Shown here in pieces: positions 10,508 to 21,189 of a stretch of 64,000 nt of DNA (position 1 is the first letter of the stretch; each line of letters begins with the position of its first letter). The stretch is taken from assembly GCA_965279525.1 (NCBI GenBank), contig CBDIIB010000003.1, positions 192,001 to 256,000 of the forward strand, read 5' to 3'. The notes below the pieces were generated by a model that worked only from the letters and a program-made list of their open reading frames with translations, searched no databases and was not told the origin of the DNA. The position numbers and the translations under genes were made by a program. This DNA comes from Tagaea sp. (GTDB lineage: Bacteria > Pseudomonadota > Alphaproteobacteria > CACIAM-22H2).

Positions 10508-11255
10508 TTTCGGCTGGCGGCTCGTGGCGACCGGGGCGGCGTTCGCGTTCATCTTCGGCGGCGGCGGCCTGCTGGCAGTCACGGTGCTGCCGCTTCTCGC
10601 GCTGCTGCCGCACCGCTCGCATGAGCGCACGCAGTTCATCATCCACCGGATATTCCGGTTCTATGTCGGCATGCTGCAGGCGTCGGGCCTAATACGGCTC
10701 GTCCTCAAGGGCGCCGACCGGCTGCAGATGGCCGGTGGCCGGATCGTGATCGCCAACCATCCAACGTTGCTGGACGTCGTCCTGCTGATTTCGCTGATCC
10801 CGCGTGCCCAGTGCATAGTCAAGAGCGTGCTCCTGCTGCATCCGTTGCTCGGACCGCTGATGCGGCGGGCCGGCTATATCCCCAATGATCTCGGTGCCGA
10901 CGAGATGGTGGCGGCCTGCACGGCGTCCTTGCGGGCGGGTGAATGCCTCATCATATTTCCGGAAGGAACGCGCACCGAACCCGGAAGTCTGCCCCGATTC
11001 CGCAGGGGGTTCGCGAACCTTGCCATCCTCACGCAGGCGACGATCCAGCCGGTGGTGATCACGTGCGTTCCTCCGACCTTGATCAAAGGCGAGCCGTGGT
11101 GGCGTATACCGCCACGGCAGCCCGCCTTCCAGCTCGTGGTAGAAGAGTGCATGGAAGCGAGCAGCTACATGAGTTATGGATATCGCGGTCTTGCGGCGCG
11201 AAAATTGGTGGGACAGCTTCAGAAATTCTATGCCGAGAAACTGGTCAATGCCTGA
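10494..11255 (+). CDS. apeD: Lysophospholipid (PlsC-like) acyltransferase
   Basis: NHPTLLD (HxxxxD) and IFPEGTRT; start set to ATG 10494. Confidence 0.9.
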   Translation: MFRIDFGWRLVATGAAFAFIFGGGGLLAVTVLPLLALLPHRSHERTQFIIHRIFRFYVGMLQASGLIRLVLKGADRLQMAGGRIVIANHPTLLDVVLLISLIPRAQCIVKSVLLLHPLLGPLMRRAGYIPNDLGADEMVAACTASLRAGECLIIFPEGTRTEPGSLPRFRRGFANLAILTQATIQPVVITCVPPTLIKGEPWWRIPPRQPAFQLVVEECMEASSYMSYGYRGLAARKLVGQLQKFYAEKLVNA

Positions 11256-11511
11256 TCTGGAAATCGAGATAAAGGAGCTGATCGTCGAGTGCCTGGCGCT
11301 TGAGGACGTTTCGGCCAGCGACATCGACAGCGACGAGGCTTTGTTCGGGGCGACCGGATTGGGGCTGGACTCGATCGACGCGCTGGAGCTTGGTGTCGCG
11401 CTGCGCAAGCGCTTCGGGATCAAGATCGACAAAGTCGACGAAGAGGTAAAGCTGCATTTCGCGACTGTGCGAAGCTTGGCGCGCTTCATCGCGACTCAGA
11501 GGGGGGCGTGA
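11248..11511 (+). CDS. apeE: Acyl carrier protein 1
   Basis: GLGLDSIDALEL phosphopantetheine site; ATG at 11248. Confidence 0.92.
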   Translation: MPDLEIEIKELIVECLALEDVSASDIDSDEALFGATGLGLDSIDALELGVALRKRFGIKIDKVDEEVKLHFATVRSLARFIATQRGA

Positions 11512-11774
11512 TGCTGTCGAAAGACGAAGTATTCGACAAGTTGATCGGCTACTTCGAGGAACTGTTCGAGATTCCACGCGAAAAGATCGCAATGGAATCT
11601 CGGCTTTACGAGGATCTCGATCTCGACAGCATCGATGCAGTCGATCTTGTCGTGAAACTGCAGGAGCTGACCAACCGGCGCATCAAGCCCGAAGCGTTCA
11701 AGAGCGTCCGAACCGTCGCCGACGTGGTCAAATGCATCGAAGAGCTTCTGGCGGATGACACGACCGCGCGTTGA
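11508..11774 (+). CDS. apeF: Acyl carrier protein 2
   Basis: DLDLDSIDAVDL; FKSVRTVADVV. Confidence 0.92.
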   Translation: MMLSKDEVFDKLIGYFEELFEIPREKIAMESRLYEDLDLDSIDAVDLVVKLQELTNRRIKPEAFKSVRTVADVVKCIEELLADDTTAR

Positions 11775-12324
11775 TTCCTGGCTGGTTGTGGCGGGTCTGG
11801 GAGGGATCGTCTATCCGCCGTTGGTGTATTTCGGTCTGACGTCGGTTCCGCCTCTTGTGGTCGTGGCGTTCGCCCTGTGTCTGCTGCTCCTCCGCCTGCT
11901 TTGTGCGCGGCGCTTGGCCGATGCCGGCCGCTGGTCGGTTGCTTTCGCCGTCGCCATCGCCGTGCTGCTCGGGTTATTGTTCGTTTCGCCGGAGCTCGCC
12001 GTGAAGGCCTATCCGGTCCTGGTGAGCCTCGCGGTTGCGGCCGTCTTCGGCATGTCGCTGATCGCGCCGCCGAGCGCCATCGAGCGCATCGCGCGCCTGC
12101 GAGAGCCGCAACTGCCGCCCGAAGGTATTGCCTATACCCGTGCATTGACCGGGGTCTGGACGGCATTCCTGCTCGGCAACGCGGCCGTCTCCGCCGCGAC
12201 CAGCGTGTGGGGATCTCTGGATGTCTGGACGTTGTGGAACGGACTGCTCGCCTACGTCGCTATGGGACTTCTGTTTGTTGGCGAGATCGCTTACCGCAGT
12301 TACGTACGCCGTCCCGCGTCATGA
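11755..12324 (+). CDS. apeG: COG4648-like membrane protein of APE clusters
   Basis: Multi-TM; KAYPVLV, IERIARLREP, YTRALT-VW, WTLWNG. Confidence 0.85.
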   Translation: MTRPRVDSWLVVAGLGGIVYPPLVYFGLTSVPPLVVVAFALCLLLLRLLCARRLADAGRWSVAFAVAIAVLLGLLFVSPELAVKAYPVLVSLAVAAVFGMSLIAPPSAIERIARLREPQLPPEGIAYTRALTGVWTAFLLGNAAVSAATSVWGSLDVWTLWNGLLAYVAMGLLFVGEIAYRSYVRRPAS

Positions 12325-13634
12325 AATTCCAGACGCTTTCCGGGTTGCTTGCAGAGGGTAGGTCAGCCCCGCATCCAGTCGCGTTCCGGAATGGAACGAC
12401 TGTAGATTTTTCGAGATTCCGACACGATGTCGCGATCGCGGCTGGCCGCCTGACGGGCTGCCGGAGTGGTGCATTGCTCGGCGACGATAGCTATGCGTTT
12501 GCCGTCGGCCTGTTCGGACTTTTGCAGGCTGGTGCCCGGGTCGTATTGCCGCCGAATGGGAATCCGGGCACGCTCTCGGTGCTTGCGGGCAGTTTCGAAC
12601 GCGTCGTCGATGAAGGGATACTTGCACCGGGCGAGCCAGCCGATCTCCGCAAGCTCGATCCCGGCAATGCGCGCATCGATTTTTTCACCTCGGGCTCCAC
12701 CGGAACACCCAAGCGCGTCGAGAAGGATCTGCGCGGCATCGAGGCGGAGTTGGCAACTCTCGACGGGGTGCTCGGAAATCTGCCGGCCGCTGGCCCCGTG
12801 ATGGCGACCGTTCCGCATCACCATGTCTATGGCCTGACCTTCAAGATATTGCTGTCGCTGGCGACCGGCCGGCCGTTCAGTTCCGAGATGCAGGAATTCT
12901 GGGAAAGCGTCCTGCCGGCACTGACCGCGACGACGGTGCTAGTGACGAGTCCGGCCCATCTCGCACGGCTGGACGGGCTGCCGGCCATCGCCGCAGACGC
13001 CCATCCGGCAATCGTCCTGACGGCCGGAGCGCCGTTGTCGCTTGGGGCCGCCCGCGACAGCCTGCGCCTGCTGGGTAGCCTCCCTTTCGAGATATTCGGC
13101 ACGACGGAAACCGGTGCCATCGCCACGCGCCGCCAGTCTGCCGAAGGCACGCCCTGGCTTCCGATGCCCGGCGTGGAAATTCGCCTTGATGCCGAATCGT
13201 GCCTGCAGGTGCGTTCGGCGCATGTCGGGCCGCGATGGATCGCGATGGCCGACCGTGTCGAACTGCAGGCAGACGGATTCCATTTCCTGGAGCGCGCGGA
13301 TCGCGTGGTCAAGATCGAAGGCAAGCGCGTGAGTCTGGCCGAGGTCGAGAATACATTGCGGGAATTGCCGTGGATCGCGGACGCCGCCGCAACGATGCTG
13401 CCGGGGAAGATCGTACAGCTCGCCGCTGCGATCGTGTTGAACCGGCAAGGGACGTCGCAGTTGCAGGAGATCGGCGCCTTCCGTTTGGGCCGGCAGTTGC
13501 GCAGGACGCTGGCCGAATTCCGGGAGCCTGCCTGCCTGCCCAAGCGCTGGCGCTTCGTCGATGCATTGCCGCTCCAGGCGATGGGAAAGCGTCGCGACGC
13601 TGACATCCGCGCCTTGTTCGGGGAGCGTACATGA
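12321..13634 (+). CDS. apeH: AMP-dependent acyl-ACP/CoA synthetase (starter loading)
   Basis: FTSGSTGTPK, FGTTETGAIA, RADRVVKIEGKRVSL; ATGA overlap at 12321. Confidence 0.9.
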   Translation: MKFQTLSGLLAEGRSAPHPVAFRNGTTVDFSRFRHDVAIAAGRLTGCRSGALLGDDSYAFAVGLFGLLQAGARVVLPPNGNPGTLSVLAGSFERVVDEGILAPGEPADLRKLDPGNARIDFFTSGSTGTPKRVEKDLRGIEAELATLDGVLGNLPAAGPVMATVPHHHVYGLTFKILLSLATGRPFSSEMQEFWESVLPALTATTVLVTSPAHLARLDGLPAIAADAHPAIVLTAGAPLSLGAARDSLRLLGSLPFEIFGTTETGAIATRRQSAEGTPWLPMPGVEIRLDAESCLQVRSAHVGPRWIAMADRVELQADGFHFLERADRVVKIEGKRVSLAEVENTLRELPWIADAAATMLPGKIVQLAAAIVLNRQGTSQLQEIGAFRLGRQLRRTLAEFREPACLPKRWRFVDALPLQAMGKRRDADIRALFGERT

Positions 13635-13984
13635 TCTGCTTGCCCGAGGTCCTCTCGGCGTACCGGCCGACCGACGGGCAGGCCGTTTTGCGGATTTCGC
13701 TGCCACTCGGCGCACCTGCGTTCGCCGGCCATTTCCGCGATCAGCCGATCCTGGCAGGCGTCATCCAGATAGACTGGGCATTGCGCCTTGCAGGCGAATA
13801 CCTGACGCTCCGGCTGCCGGCGGCGCGCGATTTCCAGGTCAAGTTTCGCCGCATTATCCGTCCGGACGTGCCGCTGTTCCTGGACCTGAACATGAACGCG
13901 GTGAAGCGGCATCTATCGTTCGAATATCGGATTGGCGACGAGCTCGCGACGGTCGGGAAGTTCAAGCTGGAGTCAGCTTCATGA
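13631..13984 (+). CDS. apeI: Hotdog-fold dehydratase subunit (FabA/Z-like)
   Basis: FAGHFRDQPILAGVIQIDWA; VKF. Confidence 0.88.
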   Translation: MICLPEVLSAYRPTDGQAVLRISLPLGAPAFAGHFRDQPILAGVIQIDWALRLAGEYLTLRLPAARDFQVKFRRIIRPDVPLFLDLNMNAVKRHLSFEYRIGDELATVGKFKLESAS

Positions 13985-15627
13985 TTCCGTGCGCACTCGT
14001 GCCGAGCCACGATCACTGGCAGTCACTGGCCGTCGTCGTTGCCGGCCTGCGGGCGAACGGACTGCCGGTCCTTGTCATCGACGATGGCAGTGGCCGCGAG
14101 GCGGCCGCGCACATTGCCGCCCTGCATGATCCGGCCGGCGGCGTTCAGGTGTTTCGCCTGGAGGCCAATCAGGGCAAGGGCGGTGCCGTAATCGAAGGGT
14201 TTCGCAGGGCAGCAGCGGCAGGTTTCACGCATGCGGTTCAGGTGGACGCGGACAACCAGCACGACCTGGCCGCGTTGCCGCTGCTGTTGGCCGAAGCCCG
14301 TGCGTATCCCGGAGCGCTGATCAGCGGCCGGCCTGAATTCGACATGTCGATGCCGACCGGCCGCAGGATCGGCCGCAATCTGACCCATTTCTGGGTCTGG
14401 ATCGAGACGCTGAGCTTTTCGATTCCCGACAGCATGTGCGGATTCCGCGTATATCCGCTCGCGCCTGCCCTCGCTCTGCTGGAAGTCGAACGCGTCGGTC
14501 GAAGGATGGATTTCGACACCGAGATCGTGGTGCGGCTCCATTGGCGTGGCGTCGAGGTCCGGACGGTTCCGGTGCGCGTCGTCTATCCGGCCGGCAATTT
14601 CTCGAACTTCGACATGATCGCCGACAACTGGCGGATCACGTGCATGCACACGCGGCTGTTCTTCGGCATGCTTCGACGCCTGCCGACATTGTTGCGGCGC
14701 CGTCGCGGCCGGAGTTCGCCGTCCCACTGGGCGGTTCTGGCGGAACGCGGCGCCTATTGGGGGCTGCGCTTGTGTGCGGCCGCCTATCGGCTACTCGGGC
14801 GACGGGTGTGCCTTGCGGCAATCTCACCGGTCGTCCTCTATTTCTATGTCGCAGGTCGCCAGCAGCGGGAAGCCTCGAGGGATTTCCTGACGCGGGCCTT
14901 CGGGCATCCGGCGACGTGGCGTCAGGGCTTGCGCCATTTCATGTGCTTTGCCGGTCGTGCGCTGGACGTATTCGGCGGATGGACGGGCCGGATCCCGCCA
15001 TCGGCAGTGACCGCGACGGATCCCGAGACCCTGCGAAGTGCAGCGGCCGATCCACGGGGTGCGCTGGTGGTCGTGGCACATCTGGGCAATGTGGACCTGT
15101 CGCGCGCCGTCCTGGATCCGGCAATGCGATCGCGCCTGAAAGTGCTGGTGCATACGCGACATGCCGTCAACTACAACCGGATACTGGCCGAGGCGTGCCC
15201 TGACGCGATGCCCGACCTTCTCCAAGTGACCGATCTTGGTGCGGCAACGACGATCGCGCTCAAGGAGAAGGTCGAATCGGGCAACTGGGTGGTGATCTCC
15301 GGTGACCGGACACCGGTCGGCGGGACAGGGCGGACGAGCCGGGTACCTTTCTTCGGTGCACCTGCATCGTTCCCGCAAGGACCCTGGATCCTCGCAAGCC
15401 TGCTCGATTGCCCCGTCCATCTACTGTTCTGCCTGAAGGACCGCGACAAGTGGCGCCTGACGCTCGAGCCGTTCGCAGAGCGGATCGTGCTGCCGCGCGC
15501 GGCGCGGGCTGCCGAGCTTTCGGCACTTTGTTCGCGTTACGCCGTGCGGCTGGAAGCGTATGCTCGCCTCGACCCTTACCAGTGGTTCAATTTCTTCGAT
15601 TTTTGGAAGGGCGAAGAAGGCAGATGA
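13981..15627 (+). CDS. apeJ: Fused GT2 glycosyltransferase and lipid A-type acyltransferase
   Basis: IDDGS, NQGKGGA, QVDADNQH, DSMCGFRVYP; C-terminal AHLGN, GDRTP, PYQWFNFFDFW. Confidence 0.9.
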   Translation: MIPCALVPSHDHWQSLAVVVAGLRANGLPVLVIDDGSGREAAAHIAALHDPAGGVQVFRLEANQGKGGAVIEGFRRAAAAGFTHAVQVDADNQHDLAALPLLLAEARAYPGALISGRPEFDMSMPTGRRIGRNLTHFWVWIETLSFSIPDSMCGFRVYPLAPALALLEVERVGRRMDFDTEIVVRLHWRGVEVRTVPVRVVYPAGNFSNFDMIADNWRITCMHTRLFFGMLRRLPTLLRRRRGRSSPSHWAVLAERGAYWGLRLCAAAYRLLGRRVCLAAISPVVLYFYVAGRQQREASRDFLTRAFGHPATWRQGLRHFMCFAGRALDVFGGWTGRIPPSAVTATDPETLRSAAADPRGALVVVAHLGNVDLSRAVLDPAMRSRLKVLVHTRHAVNYNRILAEACPDAMPDLLQVTDLGAATTIALKEKVESGNWVVISGDRTPVGGTGRTSRVPFFGAPASFPQGPWILASLLDCPVHLLFCLKDRDKWRLTLEPFAERIVLPRAARAAELSALCSRYAVRLEAYARLDPYQWFNFFDFWKGEEGR

Positions 15628-16031
15628 TTACCGCCGAGATCGTCGTGAAGGCACAGTTCTACGACCTCGACCCCATGGCGGTCGTGTGGCACGGGAACTA
15701 TGCGCGGTTTCTCGAGCAGGCGCGCTGCGCGCTGCTCGACCGGATCGGATACAACTACGTCGAGATGAAGGCATCGGGTCATCTGTGGCCGATCGTCGAC
15801 ATGCGACTGAAGTACGTCCGCCCGGTCCGCTTCGGGCAGGAGATCGTCGTCGCGGCGAAGCTGGTCGAATGGCAGAACCGGCTGAAGATCGAATACCGGA
15901 TACGCGATCGGGTCAGCGGCGAGGTCCTGACGAAGGCCCACACCGTTCAGGTCGCCGTTCTGGCTGAGACGGGCGAACTGCTGCTGGAGAGCCCGCCTGT
16001 CCTGACCAAGATCATCGAGGGGATATCGTGA
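15624..16031 (+). CDS. apeK: Acyl-CoA thioesterase (4HBT-like)
   Basis: FYDLDPMAVVWHGNYARFLEQAR. Confidence 0.9.
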   Translation: MITAEIVVKAQFYDLDPMAVVWHGNYARFLEQARCALLDRIGYNYVEMKASGHLWPIVDMRLKYVRPVRFGQEIVVAAKLVEWQNRLKIEYRIRDRVSGEVLTKAHTVQVAVLAETGELLLESPPVLTKIIEGIS

Positions 16032-16642
16032 AGCGGCGGTCGATCCTTTCGTTTCTCCTGCTGACGCTTCCGCTTGCGCGCGCGGCGGCGCAGGGGCCAA
16101 GCCAGACATTGGCGGACGGGCAGATCCTGCGCGGGCGCTTCCGGCAGGAGCGGCGCCTTGCGGGTTTCAGCGCACCGCTGCGCTCCGAAGGTCGGTTCGT
16201 ACTGGTCGCCGGCCGGGGTCTGATCTGGAATCCGCAAAAACCTTTCGCGATGACGACGGTGATCACGCCCGCCGGGCTGCTTCAGGAGATGGGCGGGGCA
16301 GAGATCGCGCGCTTGCCCGCCGCGCGCCTGCCGTTCCTTGCACGCCTCTATGACATGCTCGGCGGTGCCATGGCCGGTGATTGGCGTGCCCTTGAACGGG
16401 AGTTCTCCGTCCGTCGCACCGGCACCGATGATGCCTGGTCGGTATCGCTGACGCCCGTCAGGGCCGACGATCCGGCCATGCCGTTCCGCCATATCGCCGT
16501 CGAAGGAAGCCGCTTCGTCGACAAGGTCACGATGGAGAAGCCCGAGGGTGACAGCGACGCGCTGGAATTTTTCGAACAGGCGCTTTCTCCGGGGCCGGCA
16601 ACTGCCGAGGAGGCGGCGGCCTTGTCGATGCTAAAGCCGTGA
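16028..16642 (+). CDS. apeL: LolA-like outer membrane lipid carrier
   Basis: Signal peptide; LRGRFRQER, PLRSEGRF, GLIW-KPF. Confidence 0.85.
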   Translation: MKRRSILSFLLLTLPLARAAAQGPSQTLADGQILRGRFRQERRLAGFSAPLRSEGRFVLVAGRGLIWNPQKPFAMTTVITPAGLLQEMGGAEIARLPAARLPFLARLYDMLGGAMAGDWRALEREFSVRRTGTDDAWSVSLTPVRADDPAMPFRHIAVEGSRFVDKVTMEKPEGDSDALEFFEQALSPGPATAEEAAALSMLKP

Positions 16643-18957
16643 GCCGACACCTGGCGCTGCTCTGGTTAGCCATCGTCTTGCTGGCCGGCACATATCTGGC
16701 GGTGCGATTGCACGAAGGGTTGGCGTTCCGTACCGACCTGTTGGCCCTGCTTCCGCGCGAAGAGCGCGACCCGGTCCTGCAGCGCGCCAACGATGCCGTG
16801 ACCCGTTCGCTGTCGCAGCGTGTCGTACTTCTTGTCGGCCATCCCGACCGGATTCAGGCGCATGCTGTTGCGCGCAAACTCGTCGGATCGCTCTCCGGGC
16901 ATGTCGATATCGTCACTACGGGTTTCGACAAGTCCGGTCTGCAGGATCTCGGCGGACTCTATTTTCCCTATCGCCGCGGGTTGCTGAGTACCGGTGACCG
17001 CGCACTGCTGCTCGACGACAAGGGTGCCGTACTTGCCGACCGGGCTCTGGCCCAAGCTTTCGGCTTTTTCGGCATGAGTGACGCGCGCCTGCTCCGGCAG
17101 GATCCCTTCCTGCTGTTGCAGGCATTCTTCGGCGACCTGCCATTGCCGCTATCGCGCCTCGAGCCGGACGACGGCCTGCTTTCGGTCCGGGAGAAAGATG
17201 CGACATGGGTCTTGGTTGCCGGACAGCTGCGCGGCGAGCCGTTCGCTCTCGCCGTTCAGGAAGCACTCTCGGCGACACTGGATCCCGCCATTGCGGCGTT
17301 GCATGCGGCGCATCCAGGGACGGACGTCCTTCGTCTGGGCGCCGTGTTCTACGCGCAGGCCGGTGCCGCGCAGGCCATGGACGAATCGTCGGCGATCGGG
17401 CTCGCTTCGATCGCCGGCATCATCCTGCTCGTGCTTGTCGTCTTTCGGGCGCTGTCGGCCGTCTGGTACAGCCTGATCGTGATCGGCGTGGGTGTGCTGA
17501 CGGCCTTGTCGGCCTGTCTCTGGCTGTTCGGCGAACTGCATGTCGGCGCATTGCTGTTCGGCGTCAGCCTGATCGGCGTTTCGGTCGACTATTGCCTTCA
17601 GTACTGCACCGAGATCTTCGCGGCCGATCCGGCGGACCCGCAGCGCCGCCTGCGACGCGTTGTCACGGGAATTACCTTGGGCATGACGATGACCGTCATC
17701 GGCTACCTGACGCTGTTCCTCGCGCCGTTTCCGGGCCTGCACCAGATCGCTGCCTTTTCCGCAATCGGGTTGCTGGCCGCATGGACGACGGTCGTTTTAT
17801 GGCTGCCGCTTTTCGATCGCGCGACGCCACCCCGTCACGGCAAACGGATGCTTGCGGCGGCAGGATGGTATCTCGGTCTCTGGGAGAACGAGGCATATCG
17901 CCGTGTACGGCAGTTGCTGCTGGCGGGAGCCTTTGTGGCTGGTTGTGCCGGCCTGTTGCATCTGCACGCGGATGACGACGTACGTCGGATGCAGTCCTTG
18001 AATCCCGAATTGGCAAAGCAGCAAGATCGCATCCAGACACTGATCGGATCTGCCGGTGCGAACCAGTTCGTCCTCGTACAGGCGGTCAGCGACGAGGCGG
18101 CGCTGCGGATCGAAGAGGAACTTGTCGAGCGACTGCGCCCGCTGGTCACGCAGGGCGCGCTATCGGGCTTCCAGGCGCCGGCCCAGTATGTGCCGTCGGC
18201 CGAGCGCCAGCGGCAGAACCGCGGACTTCTGCGCGAACGACTCGATCCATTGCTCGAAGCGCAGATGACCGGTCTGGGGCTCGTGCAGGCTCCGGAGCGG
18301 CCCGACGATTCCGCTCCGTTCTTGACGCTGGCAGACGCGATTGCCGCAGGTCCTGCGAAGGCCCTGTTGAGCGCGCTGTTGCTGGATGGCCCGCCCGGCG
18401 AGACGACGCATGTCGTACTGCTGTGGACTCCTTCGCGTCTGGACACGATCCGCGCGGCAATCCGCGACCTTCCGGGCGTACGGCTTGTCGATCCTGCCGG
18501 CGACTTCAGCGCGCTGCTCGGCAAATATCGCGAGCGCGCACTCCTGCTGCTGGCCCTGTCAGCAGCGCTCATGGTGCCGATTCTGTTGTGGCGCTACGGG
18601 CCGAAAGGCGCACTCCGAGTGATGTCGGCGCCGGTGCTGGCCGTGCTGCTGGCGCCTGCCCTCCGCGCCCTGGCGGGAGCCGGGTTCACCTTCTTCGACG
18701 CGATGGCCCTGGTCCTCGTCCTGTCGATCGGTATCGACTATGCAGTGTTTTGTGCCGAGACCAGCGCCGACCGGAAACCTGTCACGATGCTGGCAGTCGC
18801 CTTGGCGGCGTGCACGACGCTGATGTCCTTCGGCATGCTGGCCTTGAGCGGCGTTGCAGCCGTGCAGGCGTTTGGGGCGACGTTGTTCATCGGCATCCTG
18901 CTTGCCTTCCTGCTGGCACCGCTCGGGCGTTCCGCACGGGAGGCGACGGCACGATGA
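16639..18957 (+). CDS. apeM: MMPL/RND family exporter
   Basis: TDLLALLP, two TM bundles with GVSVDY and SIGIDYAVF. Confidence 0.9.
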   Translation: MSRHLALLWLAIVLLAGTYLAVRLHEGLAFRTDLLALLPREERDPVLQRANDAVTRSLSQRVVLLVGHPDRIQAHAVARKLVGSLSGHVDIVTTGFDKSGLQDLGGLYFPYRRGLLSTGDRALLLDDKGAVLADRALAQAFGFFGMSDARLLRQDPFLLLQAFFGDLPLPLSRLEPDDGLLSVREKDATWVLVAGQLRGEPFALAVQEALSATLDPAIAALHAAHPGTDVLRLGAVFYAQAGAAQAMDESSAIGLASIAGIILLVLVVFRALSAVWYSLIVIGVGVLTALSACLWLFGELHVGALLFGVSLIGVSVDYCLQYCTEIFAADPADPQRRLRRVVTGITLGMTMTVIGYLTLFLAPFPGLHQIAAFSAIGLLAAWTTVVLWLPLFDRATPPRHGKRMLAAAGWYLGLWENEAYRRVRQLLLAGAFVAGCAGLLHLHADDDVRRMQSLNPELAKQQDRIQTLIGSAGANQFVLVQAVSDEAALRIEEELVERLRPLVTQGALSGFQAPAQYVPSAERQRQNRGLLRERLDPLLEAQMTGLGLVQAPERPDDSAPFLTLADAIAAGPAKALLSALLLDGPPGETTHVVLLWTPSRLDTIRAAIRDLPGVRLVDPAGDFSALLGKYRERALLLLALSAALMVPILLWRYGPKGALRVMSAPVLAVLLAPALRALAGAGFTFFDAMALVLVLSIGIDYAVFCAETSADRKPVTMLAVALAACTTLMSFGMLALSGVAAVQAFGATLFIGILLAFLLAPLGRSAREATAR

Positions 18958-19547
18958 GCGCCACTCGCAACCGATTGCGCACGATCGCGGCCCTCGTGAT
19001 GCTGGCTTGCCTCGCCGGATGCACGACCGCGCCGGCCGAGCAGTCACCGGGCACGGTACGGATCGGTCCGGAGATGTATCTTTCGCTACCTCGACCGGAC
19101 GAATTGGGGCGCGAATTGGAAGCGGCACAACTGGTTGCGGCACGTTATGGCGAACAGACTTTCCTGTTCGAGTGCCGCCTCAGCGCGACGGCCGGGCGCT
19201 TTTCCTTTGTCGGGCTCGACATGCTGGGGCGCCGAGCCATGTCCGTTGTCTGGACGGATTCCGGCGTGACGGCCGAAAAGGCGGCATGGGTACCCCAGGC
19301 GCTGAGCCCCGAGCGGATCCTTGCCGACATGGTGCTGCTCTACTGGCCGGACGCTGCGGTTCAACGCTCCCTTCGCGGTGCCGAGCTGCGAAGTACGGCA
19401 GACGGCCGCTTGCTCCTGTCGCAAGGCAAGGAAGCGATCCGCATGCAGTATCGGCCGCTCGGCGCGGACCGCTGGACGGGACAGCTCACATTGCAGAATA
19501 TTGCGTGGGGGTATGAACTGGAAATCCAATCGACGGTATTGCAATGA
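18954..19547 (+). CDS. apeN: DUF3261-like lipoprotein
   Basis: Lipobox LAGC; ILADMVLLYWP; position between the MMPL and KS genes. Confidence 0.8.
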   Translation: MSATRNRLRTIAALVMLACLAGCTTAPAEQSPGTVRIGPEMYLSLPRPDELGRELEAAQLVAARYGEQTFLFECRLSATAGRFSFVGLDMLGRRAMSVVWTDSGVTAEKAAWVPQALSPERILADMVLLYWPDAAVQRSLRGAELRSTADGRLLLSQGKEAIRMQYRPLGADRWTGQLTLQNIAWGYELEIQSTVLQ

Positions 19548-20725
19548 CACTGTCTGTCATCGACTGCGGGGTTGTCACGCCGCTGGGGCGAGGTTGCGCG
19601 GAGAACGCGAGCGCCCTCGCCGAAGGCCGTCGAGCCTTGACGTATCGCGACGATCTGTTGTCCGGCCGGTCCGTGGCGGTCGGTGCCGTTGTCGGCGAGC
19701 TGCCACCGCTGCCTGACGCACTGGCCAATCTCGACTGTCGCAACAATCGCCTGATGCGTGTGGCGCTGGACGAGATCGCGGAGAGCGTGCGACGTGCCGC
19801 CGCACGCTTCGGTCGCGAGCGCGTGGCTGTCGTGCTGGGCACGAGTACGTCTGGCATGGCCGAAGGCGAGTCGGCGCTCGGGCATCTGCATGCGACGGGA
19901 AGCTGGCCGGCAGACTACCGCTACAGCCGTCAGGAAATCGGCAACTTGAGCGAATTCGCCGTGCGCTATCTCGATCTCGCCGGGCCGGCCTATACCGTCG
20001 CTGCGGCCTGCGCATCGAGCGCCAAGGTCTTCGCGTCGGCGCGCCGCCTGATCCGAGCAGGAGTCGCCGATGCGGCGGTGGTGGGTGGCGCCGATACGCT
20101 CTGCCGGATGACGCTGAACGGCTTCGGTTCGCTGGAGGCGCTGTCAGCGGGATTCTGCGCGCCCTTTGCTGCCGGGCGGGACGGCATCAATATCGGCGAG
20201 GGGGCGTCGGCTTTCCTGCTGTCGCGCGAAGCCGGCCCAGTCCGGTTTCTAGGGATCGGCGAGACTTCGGATGCGCATCATGTCACGGCACCGGCACCCG
20301 ACGGGAACGGCGCCATGCGCGCGATGCGCCTTGCACTCGACGATGCGGGGCTGCAGCCGTCCGAGATCAGCTATGTGAATCTTCACGGCACCGCGACTCT
20401 CCTGAACGATGCGATGGAAAGCGCTGCAGTCGCTGCTCTGTTCGGCAACCGTGTTCCATGCAGTTCTACCAAGGCGATGACCGGCCACATGCTGGGGGCC
20501 ACCGGGGGCTGCGAAGCGGCGTTCCTCTGGCTCGCGCTGAATCCGGCATTCCGTACGGGATATCTGCCGCCGCATGTCTGGAACGGCGTGCGCGATCCGG
20601 CGTTGCCGCCACTGGATTTCGTGGCGCCGGGAACCTGTTTGCGCGCCGACGGGCGTCAGTCGATGCTGAGCAATTCCTTCGGTTTCGGCGGCAGCAATGT
20701 CAGCCTGATCTTCGGTGACACATGA
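19544..20725 (+). CDS. apeO: Beta-ketoacyl-ACP synthase (KS partner of the CLF)
   Basis: RNNRL, AACASSAK (Cys), HGTAT, GHMLGA, SNSFGFGG. Confidence 0.92.
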   Translation: MTLSVIDCGVVTPLGRGCAENASALAEGRRALTYRDDLLSGRSVAVGAVVGELPPLPDALANLDCRNNRLMRVALDEIAESVRRAAARFGRERVAVVLGTSTSGMAEGESALGHLHATGSWPADYRYSRQEIGNLSEFAVRYLDLAGPAYTVAAACASSAKVFASARRLIRAGVADAAVVGGADTLCRMTLNGFGSLEALSAGFCAPFAAGRDGINIGEGASAFLLSREAGPVRFLGIGETSDAHHVTAPAPDGNGAMRAMRLALDDAGLQPSEISYVNLHGTATLLNDAMESAAVAALFGNRVPCSSTKAMTGHMLGATGGCEAAFLWLALNPAFRTGYLPPHVWNGVRDPALPPLDFVAPGTCLRADGRQSMLSNSFGFGGSNVSLIFGDT

Positions 20726-21186
20726 GCACACCGTTCCGCTACAGCGTCGAGGAGCTACTGCCGCACGAGCCGCCCATGGTATTGCTCGACGAATTGCTGG
20801 ACTGGACCGACACAGGCGCCCGCACAGCCGTCATGATCCGCGACGATAGTCCGTTCGCGGTGGCCGGGTTCGGTGTGCCCGCGCATGTCGGCATCGAATT
20901 GATGGCACAGACCTGCGGAGTTTTCGCCGGACTGGAGGCCAAGCAGGCGGGCGAGCCAGTCAAGCTTGGATTCCTGCTCGGCAGTCGCCGCTATTCGGCC
21001 GAGCGTGATCGGTTCCAGGCGGGTGAACGGCTGGAGATCCAAGTAACGTCGGTCTTCCAAGAAGGGCCGATGGCGGTCTTCGACTGCCGCATCGAAAGCG
21101 ACGGAAGGGTCGTCGCAGCTGCGCAACTGACGCTGTATCGACCGGACGATCCGGCGGCAGTTCTGTCCGCTCAGGCAATGGGGTAG
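20722..21186 (+). CDS. apeP: Hotdog-fold dehydratase subunit
   Basis: LLPHEPPMVLLD, GIELMAQ, GFLLGSR. Confidence 0.88.
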   Translation: MSTPFRYSVEELLPHEPPMVLLDELLDWTDTGARTAVMIRDDSPFAVAGFGVPAHVGIELMAQTCGVFAGLEAKQAGEPVKLGFLLGSRRYSAERDRFQAGERLEIQVTSVFQEGPMAVFDCRIESDGRVVAAAQLTLYRPDDPAAVLSAQAMG

Positions 21187-21189
21187 GGA